Part shown: piece after piece, positions 30,038-40,317 of the stretch
Layout of the letters: each line of letters starts with the position of its first letter
Numbering within the stretch: the stretch's first letter is position 1
Source: Bacillota bacterium
GTDB taxonomy: Bacteria; Bacillota; DTU025
Direction: 5' to 3'
Assembly (NCBI GenBank): GCA_050951805.1
Contig: JBMNJT010000004.1
Coordinates: 1 to 64,000 of the forward strand
DNA: 64,000 bases
Position numbers and translations under genes: made by a program
The notes under the pieces: generated by a model
What the model was told of the DNA's origin: nothing
What the model saw: only the letters and a program-made list of their open reading frames with translations
The model's database searches: none

Positions 30038-30814
30038 TCATCCTTCGGGTGATATTGAGAATATCCTCATGGCATTGGCAGCCGTGACCCGAGCTACCTC
30101 TTCCGTCGATACGCCCCTGACTTCGGCAATCTTCCGTACAACTTCCACTACATATGCAGGTTCGTTTCGCTCGCCCCTGTAAGGGCTTGGAGGAAGATAC
30201 GGCGAATCAGTCTCCACCAATAGACGCTCGAGCGGCACACTTTTCGCAACTTCCACCGGCTTTCGAGCATTCCTATAGGTTACAGGACCGCCCAGCGATA
30301 TGAAAAACCCGAGTTCGATCAGTTCCGCAGCCATCTCAGGGCTGCCCGAGTAGCAATGCAGCACTATGGCAGGCACATCATTTGCGTACTCCTTCAGGAT
30401 CTCGAAGGTGTCACGATGGGCATCGCGGCTATGGATCTGAACCGGGCATCCAAACTCCTTCGCGAGCTCGAGCTGGGCTCGAAAGACTCTGATCTGCTCG
30501 TCTCTCGGCGAAAGGTCTCTATAATAGTCGAGCCCTATCTCGCCAATCCCCACTACACGGGGCATCGAAAGGATCCTCGATATCTCTTCCAGATCACCAT
30601 CGCCCACTCCGGCCGCATCATGGGGGTGGATCCCGGCCATGGCGTAAAGTCCTTCATGTACGGCCGCATTCTCAGCAGCCACACGGGACGAGCGCACATC
30701 CGCGCCAGGATTGATTACTATCTCGACGCCGGCTGCGCGCGCCCTCTCCATCACGGCGTACACGCCTTCTACAAAAGCCTCATCTTCAAGATGGGCATGG
30801 GAATCGATAATCAA
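30038..30814 (-). CDS. tatD: TatD family hydrolase
   Basis: IDSHAHL, GIHPH, IGEIGLDY, HCYSG, LVETDSPY, RNEP. Confidence 0.95.
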   Translation of the reverse strand: MIIDSHAHLEDEAFVEGVYAVMERARAAGVEIVINPGADVRSSRVAAENAAVHEGLYAMAGIHPHDAAGVGDGDLEEISRILSMPRVVGIGEIGLDYYRDLSPRDEQIRVFRAQLELAKEFGCPVQIHSRDAHRDTFEILKEYANDVPAIVLHCYSGSPEMAAELIELGFFISLGGPVTYRNARKPVEVAKSVPLERLLVETDSPYLPPSPYRGERNEPAYVVEVVRKIAEVRGVSTEEVARVTAANAMRIFSISPEG

Positions 30815-30817
30815 CGC

Positions 30818-32881
30818 CTATTTCACCCTGCTTCCAGCGGGCACTGGGCCATCCGGGGTCAAAACCCTAACCTCCTTGGGATCATCTGTAGTCGATGCCG
30901 CAAGCAGCATTCCATTTGACATGACGCCGCGCAGTTTCGCAGGCTTCAGATTAGTCACAACCACGATCTGCTTGCCTATGAGCTCCTCAGGGGAGTAATG
31001 CTTCGCAATGCCCGCAACTATCTGCCTGGTCTCGGAGCCGATGTCCACCTGAAGCACGAGAAGCTTGTCGGCGCCCTCGATCCGCTCGGCCTCGAGCACA
31101 GTACCTACCTTGAGATCGACCTTTGCGAAGTCATCTATGGATATGATGTTGTCGGCGTCCAACGCTTCACCGTCGCGAGCCGGCGCAGCTGCAGCCCTTA
31201 AAACAGCCTTCCCGCCATCCGGTTGCGCGTGCCCTTCGCCGAACTCCCCACCGCAGCATTGGACTGACTCACCCTTCACTCTGCCACCAGAGCCTTCGCG
31301 CGAGGATGCGCTCCCGCTCTCTGACGACGCCTCCTCCTTCAATGCCGCCTTCACATCAATCCTAGGGAAAATCGGGTCACCCCGTCTAACCTCGGTGCCC
31401 GGAACTGTGCCGCCCCACTTGGTGGCCTCCCATCCCGCCTCCGCCGGGTCTCCGTCAATACCCAGCTGATACCAGATTTCGGCTGACTTGCTTGTTAGCA
31501 CGGGCGATAAAGCCACGGCCGCAATCCTTAGGCTTTCGGCCAGGTTGTAAAGGACAGTGCCCAGCCTCCTGCGGCCAGCATCAGTTTTGGCAAGATTCCA
31601 TGGCTCAACGTCGTCGATGTACTTGTTTCCTGCATCAACGAGCCTGAATACATTCTCCAAGGCTTCACTGAACGCCAAATCATCGAAGGCCCGGGCAGCC
31701 TTGTCGACAGCGTCGGCAGCGATTTCGGGGATCTTCTTATCAGCGTCATCCCATTCTCCCGGTTCAGGCACTTTTCCACCGGCAAACTTGTTTATCATCG
31801 CCGTGGTACGGCTGAGCAGATTTCCGAGATCATTTGCGAGGTCAGCATTGACCCTATATACAAAGGATGCGCGGGAGAAATCCCCGTCTTGCCCAAACGG
31901 AACCTCGCGGAGGACGAAGTAGCGAACTGCGTCCACTCCAAACTCCTTCGCATAGTCATGCGGCTTTACCACATTTCCCACGGATTTCGACATCTTCGCC
32001 CCTTCCACCGTCCACCATCCATGGCCAAATACCTTTTTCGGGAGAGGCAATCCCAAAGACATGAGCACCGCAGGCCATATCACAGAATGGAACCTGACTA
32101 TTTCCTTGCCAACAACGTGAACGTCAGCAGGCCAATACTTGGCGAACCTCTCGGGATCATCAACATAGCCCGATGCGGTCAAATAGTTGATGAGGGCATC
32201 CAGCCAAACGTAGACGACGTGTCCCGGCGCAAAAGGCACAGGAACACCCCAATCGAAAGTGGTTCGCGACACGCAAAGATCGTTCAATCCGCTCTTTATG
32301 AAATTGACCATCTCATGGCGCCTCGTTGCAGGCTGTATGAAATCGGGATTAGCCTCTATGTGCGCGAGAAGCCGGTCCTCATATTTCGACAAACGGAAGA
32401 AATAGCTCTCCTCCTGCAGCCATTCCACAGGTCGCCCGCAGTCAGGACAATTGCCGTCAACAAGCTGCGACTCCATGAAAAATGCCTCGCACGGCGTGCA
32501 ATACCATCCTTCATATTTCCCTTTATAGATGTCTCCAGAATCGTACAGTTGCTGAAATACGTGTTGAACCGCCCGCACGTGCTCCGGATCTGTTGTGCGG
32601 ATGAAGCCGTCATTGGATATGTCAAGCTCCGCCCAGAGTCTCTTAAAGGCGTCCGTCACATAATCCACATACTCCTGGGGACTCTTCCCTTCCGCGGTAG
32701 CGCGCCTTTCGATCTTCTGCCCATGTTCGTCAACGCCCGTGAGGAAAAATACGTCATACCCGCACATTCGCTTGTATCTAGCCAACGCGTCACAGCCGAT
32801 CGTCGTATACGAATGGCCAAGGTGGGGCATGTCGTTCACATAGTATATAGGTGTAGTAACAAAAAAGGGTTCCTTTGTCAT
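30818..32881 (-). CDS. metG: Methionine--tRNA ligase with C-terminal tRNA-binding domain
   Basis: TTPIYYVN..PHLGH, CxxC Zn knuckles, YVWLDAL, KMSKS, C-terminal OB domain. Confidence 0.97.
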   Translation of the reverse strand: MTKEPFFVTTPIYYVNDMPHLGHSYTTIGCDALARYKRMCGYDVFFLTGVDEHGQKIERRATAEGKSPQEYVDYVTDAFKRLWAELDISNDGFIRTTDPEHVRAVQHVFQQLYDSGDIYKGKYEGWYCTPCEAFFMESQLVDGNCPDCGRPVEWLQEESYFFRLSKYEDRLLAHIEANPDFIQPATRRHEMVNFIKSGLNDLCVSRTTFDWGVPVPFAPGHVVYVWLDALINYLTASGYVDDPERFAKYWPADVHVVGKEIVRFHSVIWPAVLMSLGLPLPKKVFGHGWWTVEGAKMSKSVGNVVKPHDYAKEFGVDAVRYFVLREVPFGQDGDFSRASFVYRVNADLANDLGNLLSRTTAMINKFAGGKVPEPGEWDDADKKIPEIAADAVDKAARAFDDLAFSEALENVFRLVDAGNKYIDDVEPWNLAKTDAGRRRLGTVLYNLAESLRIAAVALSPVLTSKSAEIWYQLGIDGDPAEAGWEATKWGGTVPGTEVRRGDPIFPRIDVKAALKEEASSESGSASSREGSGGRVKGESVQCCGGEFGEGHAQPDGGKAVLRAAAAPARDGEALDADNIISIDDFAKVDLKVGTVLEAERIEGADKLLVLQVDIGSETRQIVAGIAKHYSPEELIGKQIVVVTNLKPAKLRGVMSNGMLLAASTTDDPKEVRVLTPDGPVPAGSRVK

Positions 32882-33078
32882 AAACAGTCCCTCCAAAATA
32901 GACAAGAACCTCTGCTCTGCCGCTCAGTTTCCGCCACACAAACAGGGGGCAAAACAAAAGCTAGCATGCCTGGTAAAGGCTAAGTTGAATATACCGTGAG
33001 CCGCCGTGAACTGTCAAGGAATGCCTTACTGTTGAACGCCAGCCCATTATGTGGTATTTTAATAGCGAGGTGAAAAGA

Positions 33079-33735
33079 TTGTCCAGCTATGCGGGGTTGT
33101 TTCGAGAATGTCCATCCAAAATCGATCGCAAACCGAACAATTGCACGAAATTCGCGCTTCTCTTCTTGGCCGTGTTCAGCATTGCAACAGCGATCTGCCC
33201 TCCCGCCCTCGGCCAAAAAGTCCAGTCTCAAGTCGTTGGCGACCTAACACTGGCCGTCGCAACGCCTGTTGGGGTTGATCTCGAAATTGCCTATGCCGAT
33301 AGCTTCTCCTTCAGAATCCCATTAAATGCCGGATACCTGATCTACGAGAGGGCAGATAGCCAAGGCGTCCGTCATCTGTGCCTTTCCGATTACAACCAGA
33401 GCGGGATCGACTTCGAGCTCATCGTCGACCTTTTTCCAATTGATGCCCAATCGCCTACATCATTGGACGCTCTTGCAAGAGGCTTGCTTTACGCGGGAGC
33501 AAGAGCAATGGCAATCGATTCTAAAGTCGTGGAGATATCGGGGCGCCCCGGATTTGATCTCACGGTCAAGGGAATCGTCTACGACCGAATCATGCCGCAA
33601 GATGAGATTCGGATGGTCTTTCTTACAGATTTTGATTCGGGACTCACGTTTACCCTCATAGAGCATCAGCACCGTCCGGAAGATCATGCAAATATCTTGG
33701 ATAAAATCTTATCCACCCTGATATTCACTGATTAA
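33079..33735 (+). CDS. Hypothetical exported protein
   Basis: GAGGTG RBS before TTG at 33079; hydrophobic signal-like FALLFLAVFSIATAIC. Confidence 0.6.
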   Translation: MSSYAGLFRECPSKIDRKPNNCTKFALLFLAVFSIATAICPPALGQKVQSQVVGDLTLAVATPVGVDLEIAYADSFSFRIPLNAGYLIYERADSQGVRHLCLSDYNQSGIDFELIVDLFPIDAQSPTSLDALARGLLYAGARAMAIDSKVVEISGRPGFDLTVKGIVYDRIMPQDEIRMVFLTDFDSGLTFTLIEHQHRPEDHANILDKILSTLIFTD

Positions 33736-33831
33736 CGGAGTAAAAATGCTTTTGTTAGGCAAAAGTGCACGGAATATGACTATTTTGCCCAAATCGGCAG
33801 TGTAAAACCCGAGAATTTGTGAAATTAGTAC

Positions 33832-33860
33832 TTGACTCCTCTTGGAAAAGATACTATTAT
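33832..33860 (+). promoter_or_regulatory. Sigma-A promoter of abrB
   Basis: TTGACT-N17-TATTAT. Confidence 0.6.
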
Positions 33861-33906
33861 TTGTTTGGCAGGCATTGCCGAGTATTTGCGTGGGAGGGTC
33901 GCAAAA

Positions 33907-34152
33907 ATGAAATCTACCGGTATAGTTAGAAAAGTCGACGAACTAGGAAGAGTCGTAATACCCATCGAACTACGAAGAACGTTGCAGATCAATGAGAAGG
34001 ATTCCTTGGAAATCTATGTTGACGGGGAAAAGATCATCCTGAAGAAGTACGAACCTGCCTGCATATTCTGTGGCAACGCTGATGGAATCAGGATCTTCAA
34101 GGACAAGAATATCTGCAAGGATTGCTTCGACCTGATGAAAAGCGTAGGCTAG
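33907..34152 (+). CDS. abrB: AbrB family transition-state regulator
   Basis: MKSTGIVRKVDELGRVVIPIELRRTL...CIFC...ICKDC. Confidence 0.95.
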   Translation: MKSTGIVRKVDELGRVVIPIELRRTLQINEKDSLEIYVDGEKIILKKYEPACIFCGNADGIRIFKDKNICKDCFDLMKSVG

Positions 34153-34226
34153 TCGGTTCTTGACTTGCCTCGCCCCATCCGGGCGAAAGCACTGCAAATA
34201 GCAACGTTCGTCTAGCAAAAGGCACT

Positions 34227-35132
34227 TTACGTGCCTTTTTGCTTTTTCCAACCGCCATCGCGCCCCCCATGTGCACGCGCATATACCTCGCGCCTTGAGA
34301 CGCCATGCTCCTCTGCTGCCTTGGAAACAGCATCCCTCATTGTAAAACCCTCGCCCACGAGCTGCGCCACCTCGGCCACAGCCATTTCCAACTCGTCGTC
34401 GGCGCTCCCCTCTGCCGCACCACTTCGTTGGCTGCACCCTTCGACTATGACTACAATCTCTCCCTTGGGCTTGCGTTCCCTCACCCACTCCAGCATCTCG
34501 CCTACGGTGCCTCTCTGTATGTCCTCGAATTTCTTAGTAAGTTCTCGCGCCACTACACATCTTCTGTCGCCGAGAATGTCAGCCACATCTTCAAGCATGC
34601 GCTCGAGTCGATGCGGCGCTTCGTAGAAAACGAGAGTGACCGGCAATAAAGAAAGCTCCTCAAGGACTTTACGCCTATCCCCCACCTTCCTGGGAAGAAA
34701 GCCTTGAAAAAAGAATCTGCTCGTCGGCAATCCAGATGCAGTCAACGCTGCAACGAACGCCGTGGGGCCCGGAACAGGTACCACTTTGAACCCGCCCTCC
34801 ACCGCAGCAGCAACAATGATTTCTCCCGGATCAGAGATTCCCGGCATCCCTGCATCAGAGACCACGGCCACATCTTCGCCCCTGCCGAGCATCGCAATGA
34901 TATGCTCCGCCCGAGCCGCTTCGTTGTGTTCATGGCAGGACAGCAACTTAGCGTCAATTCCCAGGCGATGCAACAAGAGCCCGGTATGCCTGGTATCCTC
35001 AGCGGCCACGATATCTGCTTCGGCCAGAACAGCCCTGGCTCTGTCGGTAATGTCATCCATGTTCCCAATAGGCGTGGCCACCAAGTAAAGAGTTCCCTTT
35101 TCGGCAGCTCCGCCGTAGCGTGTCACCGGCAA
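34227..35132 (-). CDS. rsmI: 16S rRNA (cytidine1402-2'-O)-methyltransferase
   Basis: LYLVATPIGN, AEDTR, SDAGMPGISDPG, YEAPHR, RELTK. Confidence 0.96.
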   Translation of the reverse strand: MPVTRYGGAAEKGTLYLVATPIGNMDDITDRARAVLAEADIVAAEDTRHTGLLLHRLGIDAKLLSCHEHNEAARAEHIIAMLGRGEDVAVVSDAGMPGISDPGEIIVAAAVEGGFKVVPVPGPTAFVAALTASGLPTSRFFFQGFLPRKVGDRRKVLEELSLLPVTLVFYEAPHRLERMLEDVADILGDRRCVVARELTKKFEDIQRGTVGEMLEWVRERKPKGEIVVIVEGCSQRSGAAEGSADDELEMAVAEVAQLVGEGFTMRDAVSKAAEEHGVSRREVYARAHGGRDGGWKKQKGT

Positions 35133-35177
35133 TCACCCTCCACCAACTCTACCTGTCCCCAAGTTTCGCCCCGTCTC

Positions 35178-35963
35178 TTAGCCGAAGTATATCTGTTTTG
35201 TTTCTTCAGAATACTGCCCGTCCTCTCCGTAAAGCATCAAAGTGGGCATTACCTGCAGCCCGGCCTTAACATCCTTCACCGCTTCGACCAATACCATCAT
35301 GGGCGGCGCGTCCAGCCTGGCCTGCACCAGCCGGAGACGCTTCGGTTCCAGATTTGCCTCGCGCATGGATGAAAGAAGATCCGCAAGCCTGGATGCGCGG
35401 TGAACCATCGCGACTCTACCCCTTGGCTTCACAAGCCCTGCAGCCACATTCACCACATCTTCCATAGTGCACGACACTTCATGCTTGGCGACTGTCAGGT
35501 GCCCTTCAGGGCTCAGAGTTCCCTCATCAACCTTTATGTATGGTGGATTTGACAGCACAACATCGAAAGAGCCTACGCCAAAAAGGTCTACAGCGTCCCT
35601 CAGGTCGCCATGGACGATCTTTATTCTATCGGAAAGCCCGTTGATCTGGACACTTCGCTCCGCCATGTCGGCCATCTCTTCCAGAATTTCAATGCCGACT
35701 ATCTCTGCCGGCTGTCGCCTAGCCCAGACCAGAAGGGGAATCACGCCTGTGCCTGTGCCAAGATCTATAGCCCTATCCCGCGGTCTAACAGTCGCGAATT
35801 CCGCAAGGAGCACGGCATCCATGGAAAACCTGAACCCAGCAGGATTCTGAATTATCACAAGCCCGGACCGTTGCAGGTCGTCCAATCTCTCGTAGTCATG
35901 CAGCAGCGCCTCGCGCGTTTCATCCGCCCTCCCGCCACTCATAAGCCGTACGCCTGACGACAA
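35178..35963 (-). CDS. yabB: tRNA1(Val) (adenine37-N6)-methyltransferase (YabB-like)
   Basis: FRFSMDAVLL, DLGTGTG, NPPY. Confidence 0.88.
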   Translation of the reverse strand: MSSGVRLMSGGRADETREALLHDYERLDDLQRSGLVIIQNPAGFRFSMDAVLLAEFATVRPRDRAIDLGTGTGVIPLLVWARRQPAEIVGIEILEEMADMAERSVQINGLSDRIKIVHGDLRDAVDLFGVGSFDVVLSNPPYIKVDEGTLSPEGHLTVAKHEVSCTMEDVVNVAAGLVKPRGRVAMVHRASRLADLLSSMREANLEPKRLRLVQARLDAPPMMVLVEAVKDVKAGLQVMPTLMLYGEDGQYSEETKQIYFG

Positions 35964-36071
35964 TCATGCAATCTGCCCGCGCATGATTGGGTCGTGCGCG
36001 ATATCCCCCTTTCACCAAGTAACATGCACACCGCCTAAAGCACCGGGTTCGCCTCAGAGCCGACGGCGGCA

Positions 36072-36887
36072 TCACTCCTCCTTATCCGCACATTCGTATT
36101 CAAGTTCTGTCAGAGACATCGACGCATGCCCCCCACTATCCAGTTGAACCCTGACAGAACGCGTCTCAGGGTCTATCGACATTACCTTGCCCGGGCCCGA
36201 AGGAGTGATGACTCTATCGCCCAGTTCCGGCATGTCCTCAGTTTCGGACCTTACAGGATTTATCTCATACTTGAGACAACACATGAGCCTTCCGCAGATT
36301 CCAGAAATCTTGGAGGGATTAAGCGACAGATTCTGCTCTTTTGCCATGCGTATCGATACAGGCTCAAACTCCCCAAGGAAAGAGGCACAGCAAAGCGCGC
36401 GTCCACACGACCCGATCCCTCCAAGCATCTTGGCCTCATCCCTCACCCCTATCTGCCTCAGTTCGATGCGGGTTCGGAAGACAGAAGCCAGATCCCTGAC
36501 GAGCTCCCTGAAGTCGACACGTCCATCAGCAGTAAAGTAGAAGACTATCTTTGAATTGTCGAACGTGTATTCAACATCCACAAGCTTCATGGGAAGGCCA
36601 TGCGCCGCGATTTTTTCGAGCCCAATATCGAAGGCTCGTTCCGCTTTTTTCTTGTTCTCCTCAACCTGGCGCCTATCGGCGTCAGTCGCGCCCCTTATCA
36701 CCTGCTTCAGGGGCTGTACTATCTCTTCCTCATCCACAAACTTGGGCCCGATCACCACCTGGCCGAATTCGACGCCGCGGGCAGTCTCGACAATGACGTC
36801 ATCACCTGCCGCAAGATCGAGCTCTCCGGGGTCGAAGTAATATACCTTTCCAGCTTTCTTGAACCGCACTCCAACTATCTTAACCAT
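36072..36887 (-). CDS. ricT: PSP1 domain protein RicT/YaaT
   Basis: VRFKKAGKVYYF, RVDFRELV, GSCGRALCC, SGICGRLMCCLKYE. Confidence 0.93.
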   Translation of the reverse strand: MVKIVGVRFKKAGKVYYFDPGELDLAAGDDVIVETARGVEFGQVVIGPKFVDEEEIVQPLKQVIRGATDADRRQVEENKKKAERAFDIGLEKIAAHGLPMKLVDVEYTFDNSKIVFYFTADGRVDFRELVRDLASVFRTRIELRQIGVRDEAKMLGGIGSCGRALCCASFLGEFEPVSIRMAKEQNLSLNPSKISGICGRLMCCLKYEINPVRSETEDMPELGDRVITPSGPGKVMSIDPETRSVRVQLDSGGHASMSLTELEYECADKEE

Positions 36888-36902
36888 GTTGCGGACACCC
36901 TT

Positions 36903-37994
36903 TCATTCAGGCAAGGCCAGGTTCAAGAAGAAGTCATCCATGGCTAGCCGCGGATTCGCGCTGCTCCTGAGCGCTTGTGCAGTCTGCATCGCTTTGACTG
37001 TCCATCGACTGAACAAGCAGGGCTCGCCTTTGCGCACATCTTCGCGAATCTCCATGATGCGATCGATGTTTATTATCAAACTCTCGTCACCTGTTATGGA
37101 CAGGATGAAGAGGTCTCTGAACCATCCGGCCGCAAGGTCGCATGCCCCCATTGGAGAAGCGAGCTCCTGAACCTCCACGGACCCTCCTCCATCTACAGCT
37201 TGCGCACTAGCCTTCTTCAGCTTGTCGAGGAATTCCTCCGAAGCAGCAAGCGCCTCGGCACCATTCCCACACAAGGCCACTGCGCGCACTGTGGATATTA
37301 TGAGGTCTCTTACCTTGAAATAGTCGTCGTCTTGAGCCAGGCATACCAGGCGGCCGGGAAGCCCTTCCGAAAGCGTAGCCAGAAGCCTGGCCCGTTCAGG
37401 ATCGAGACCGAGCTCGCTCTGGCCCCATCTGGCAAGCTCTTCAACGGGAACAGCTTTGAGGCGTGCCTCATGGCAACGTGATGAGATTGTCGGCAACATC
37501 ATGCCCGGATCCTCTGCCGCAAGGATGATCAACGAGTCGCCAGGGGGTTCCTCCAACACTTTGAGGAGGCAGTTCTGGGCCTCTTCAGTCATGCGATCAG
37601 CTTCATCTATTATCCATGTCTTGAGGTCGGCTTCATTAGGCTTAAGGGATATGCGCCACTTCATCTCCCTGATCTGGTCTATCTTTATGGCGCCTCCCTC
37701 CGGTTTCACCACACGAACATCCGGATGAACGCCTCTCAGTATCTTCTCACAATTCGAACAATTGCCGCAATACCACAGTGGGCTATCCGGCCCGCGCTCA
37801 GATCGGTCTCCGGCTGCATTCCCCGCCCCACAGTTCATGCAGTTTGCAGCGAGAGCAACCCGTTTTGCAAGCGCCATCTTGCCGCTTCCCCGTGGCCCCC
37901 ACAGAAGATAAGCGTGGGACATGCGCCCCGAAGCCATCTCCCTATCGAGCAATCGGAGGGCCTCATCCTGACCGACGATTTCAGGAATGTGCAT
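36903..37994 (-). CDS. holB: DNA polymerase III subunit delta'
   Basis: HAYLLWGPRGSGK, Zn cysteines, HPD, LLKVLEEPP, LPTISSRC. Confidence 0.93.
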   Translation of the reverse strand: MHIPEIVGQDEALRLLDREMASGRMSHAYLLWGPRGSGKMALAKRVALAANCMNCGAGNAAGDRSERGPDSPLWYCGNCSNCEKILRGVHPDVRVVKPEGGAIKIDQIREMKWRISLKPNEADLKTWIIDEADRMTEEAQNCLLKVLEEPPGDSLIILAAEDPGMMLPTISSRCHEARLKAVPVEELARWGQSELGLDPERARLLATLSEGLPGRLVCLAQDDDYFKVRDLIISTVRAVALCGNGAEALAASEEFLDKLKKASAQAVDGGGSVEVQELASPMGACDLAAGWFRDLFILSITGDESLIINIDRIMEIREDVRKGEPCLFSRWTVKAMQTAQALRSSANPRLAMDDFFLNLALPE

Positions 37995-37997
37995 CCC

Positions 37998-38645
37998 TCA
38001 GTCCTCCCACGCACGCGTTTCGAGTAACTTCGTCACAGCAGTGTATATCTCCTCGTGCACTTCCAAAACACATCGTCCGCCAGTCTCGATAATCGTGAAA
38101 CGCTCCGGCTCCGCAGCGGCCATCATCAGGTAAGCCTCGCGGACTGACACATGAAAATCGAGCTCGCGCTGCTCGATCCTGTCGGCTTCGTGGCAATCGG
38201 TCGCACGTCTGACACCGATGGCAGGATCGATGTCGAGCAGCAACGTAAGATCGGGAACCAGGCCGCGAGTGGCTATCCGGTTCACCTGCTTCACTTCATC
38301 GATATCCATGCCAAGACCGTATCCTTGGTAGGCAATGCTGGAATCCACAAAACGCTCCGCCACAACTATCCTGCCCGCCTCTAGAGCCGGCTCGATTACT
38401 TCATGCACATCCTGTGCACGATCTGCAGCATAAAGCAGGAACTCTGCAACCCCGCACATTCCTGTGGACTTATTGTCCAGGATGATCTCCCGCAATCTCT
38501 TCCCTATAGACGTGCCGCCCGGCTCGAAAGTGCGCGTTACCGGATACCCTTCTGATTCAAGGCGTTCCGCCAATAGACCGGCCTGCGTACTCTTTCCGCT
38601 GCCATCAGGCCCTTCCAGGGTTATAAAAACTCCACGTTGTGTCAC
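37998..38645 (-). CDS. tmk: Thymidylate kinase
   Basis: FITLEGPDGSGKSTQ, EPGGT, DSSIAYQG, PDLTLLLD; GTG start at 38645. Confidence 0.95.
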   Translation of the reverse strand: MTQRGVFITLEGPDGSGKSTQAGLLAERLESEGYPVTRTFEPGGTSIGKRLREIILDNKSTGMCGVAEFLLYAADRAQDVHEVIEPALEAGRIVVAERFVDSSIAYQGYGLGMDIDEVKQVNRIATRGLVPDLTLLLDIDPAIGVRRATDCHEADRIEQRELDFHVSVREAYLMMAAAEPERFTIIETGGRCVLEVHEEIYTAVTKLLETRAWED

Positions 38646-40165
38646 TATCGCTTCCCATCTTTCACCACGGTCACGATGAGCTGCCCATCTGGGCCGAACG
38701 AAAGGCCTCGGAAGACCGCCCCAAGGGACAACGCTTCCTCTATGATATCGAGATGCAAGCCGTCGATGATCTCTCCTGGATAAAGAAGCGGTATCCCCGG
38801 CGGATATGGGGCAACCACCTCGGCGCATACCCTGCCGACGGCGTCCTTAACTTCGACCAGTTCGTGCGGAGCAAGAGTTGCCTGCCTAGGAAGACAAGCT
38901 CTCTCCGCAGGCGCAAACAGATGCCGGGTGAACTCTGCCTGGTTTCCCGAGGTTCTTACGCCGAGCTTTCCTGTCATCTCGCTGCGCGCCTCGTCGGCAA
39001 TCTGCAAAAGCGCATCTACAAGGCGATCCACATTTTCCTCAGAGTCGGCATAGGTTATAAAAGCGACTATATTCTCGAGGTCCGCAAGTTCGATCCTGAC
39101 ATTGCACTCATCCATCAACCGGTTCTTTAAATCATATCCAGCTAATCCCAACTGGATCATTGAGACTGTCAGTCTAAGCGTATCCATGCCCGGTCTCCAC
39201 AACACCCTTATGCCCAAAATCCCATCCAGACGCCGCCGAGCCTTGTCAGAAAGCTTGAGCGCTCTATCGATAAGCTGAGGCCCGCGCAACCTCATGATTG
39301 TAGCAGCGATGTCAATCGAGGCCATGAGGAGGTATGACGGACTAGTGGACTGGAGTATCGCTAACATACGCTGAACGCGATCGGGATGGATCCGGGGCCC
39401 CTTGATGTGGAGCATGGAGCTTCCGGTAAACGAACCGAGCGTTTTATGGGTGCTTTGGACCACCATGTCTGCACCATACTCCAACGCGGGAGCCGGAAGA
39501 TCCTCGTGAAAGCGTATGTGCGGTCCATGAGCCTCATCAACAAGCAATGGAATATCGCGTTGATGACAGATTTCTGCCAACGGCGCAAGGTCTCCTGCTA
39601 TGCCATAGTAATTGGGGCGCGTGATCAGGCAAGCCTTGGCATCGGGATTCTCAGTGAGAGCCTGCTCGTATGCTTCAGGCCTCACCCCCATGCTGATTCC
39701 CCACTCGGGATCTATGTCGGGATACACGAAGACAGGCGCCAGCCCAGCCAGGATCACACCACCTATCACAGCCAAGTGGGCATCACGCGGGATGATCACT
39801 TTCTGTCCTTCCTTGCAGCTTGTCATCAACATAGCATGGATTCCTGCGGTGGTTCCATTAGTCAAAAAAAACGTCCGGTCAGCTCCGAATACCTCCGATG
39901 CCAGATCCTGCGCCTGCTTTATACATCCGGTAGGAAGATGGAGATTATCCAGGTCCCGTGTCTCCGTCACATCCATGCTGAGCATGTTCTCGCTGAAGGC
40001 CTCCAGAACCTCCGGAGGATAGCCCACACCTTTGTGCCCGGGCATGTGAAAACGAACGGGATCCTCTTTGACGTACCAAAGCAACTTGTTGAAAAGAGGG
40101 GCGTCGAATTGCTCTAGAGGGATATCGAGTGGATCTGCGCCTGTTAAATATTTCTCTTTGTCCAC
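38645..40165 (-). CDS. Orn/Lys/Arg decarboxylase (PLP-dependent, YaaO-like)
   Basis: FHMPGHK, NGTT, DEAHG, QSTHKT, TSPSY, PYPPGIP. Confidence 0.92.
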   Translation of the reverse strand: MDKEKYLTGADPLDIPLEQFDAPLFNKLLWYVKEDPVRFHMPGHKGVGYPPEVLEAFSENMLSMDVTETRDLDNLHLPTGCIKQAQDLASEVFGADRTFFLTNGTTAGIHAMLMTSCKEGQKVIIPRDAHLAVIGGVILAGLAPVFVYPDIDPEWGISMGVRPEAYEQALTENPDAKACLITRPNYYGIAGDLAPLAEICHQRDIPLLVDEAHGPHIRFHEDLPAPALEYGADMVVQSTHKTLGSFTGSSMLHIKGPRIHPDRVQRMLAILQSTSPSYLLMASIDIAATIMRLRGPQLIDRALKLSDKARRRLDGILGIRVLWRPGMDTLRLTVSMIQLGLAGYDLKNRLMDECNVRIELADLENIVAFITYADSEENVDRLVDALLQIADEARSEMTGKLGVRTSGNQAEFTRHLFAPAERACLPRQATLAPHELVEVKDAVGRVCAEVVAPYPPGIPLLYPGEIIDGLHLDIIEEALSLGAVFRGLSFGPDGQLIVTVVKDGKR

Positions 40166-40231
40166 TTCTGATCTTATCTTCTCCTTTATGCCCCGGTGCC
40201 CGGGGATTATTGGCACAACTTTAGGGTAGAC

Positions 40232-40283
40232 TTGACACGAACATATGTTCTATGTTAATATCTAGCCGTAGAACATGTGTTCT
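40232..40283 (+). promoter_or_regulatory. Sigma-A promoter overlapped by two Gram-positive SOS (LexA/Cheo) boxes
   Basis: TTGACA at 40232, CGAACATATGTTCT (40238-40251), TG-n-TAATAT -10, AGAACATGTGTTCT (40270-40283). Confidence 0.82.
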
Positions 40284-40317
40284 CTTTATTGCCCAAGAGT
40301 TAGGGGGTTGTAACAAC

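Noticed and set aside
32882-33078. T-box or SAM riboswitch upstream of metG
   Set aside because: No T-box consensus or S-box core is recognisable in this short spacer.
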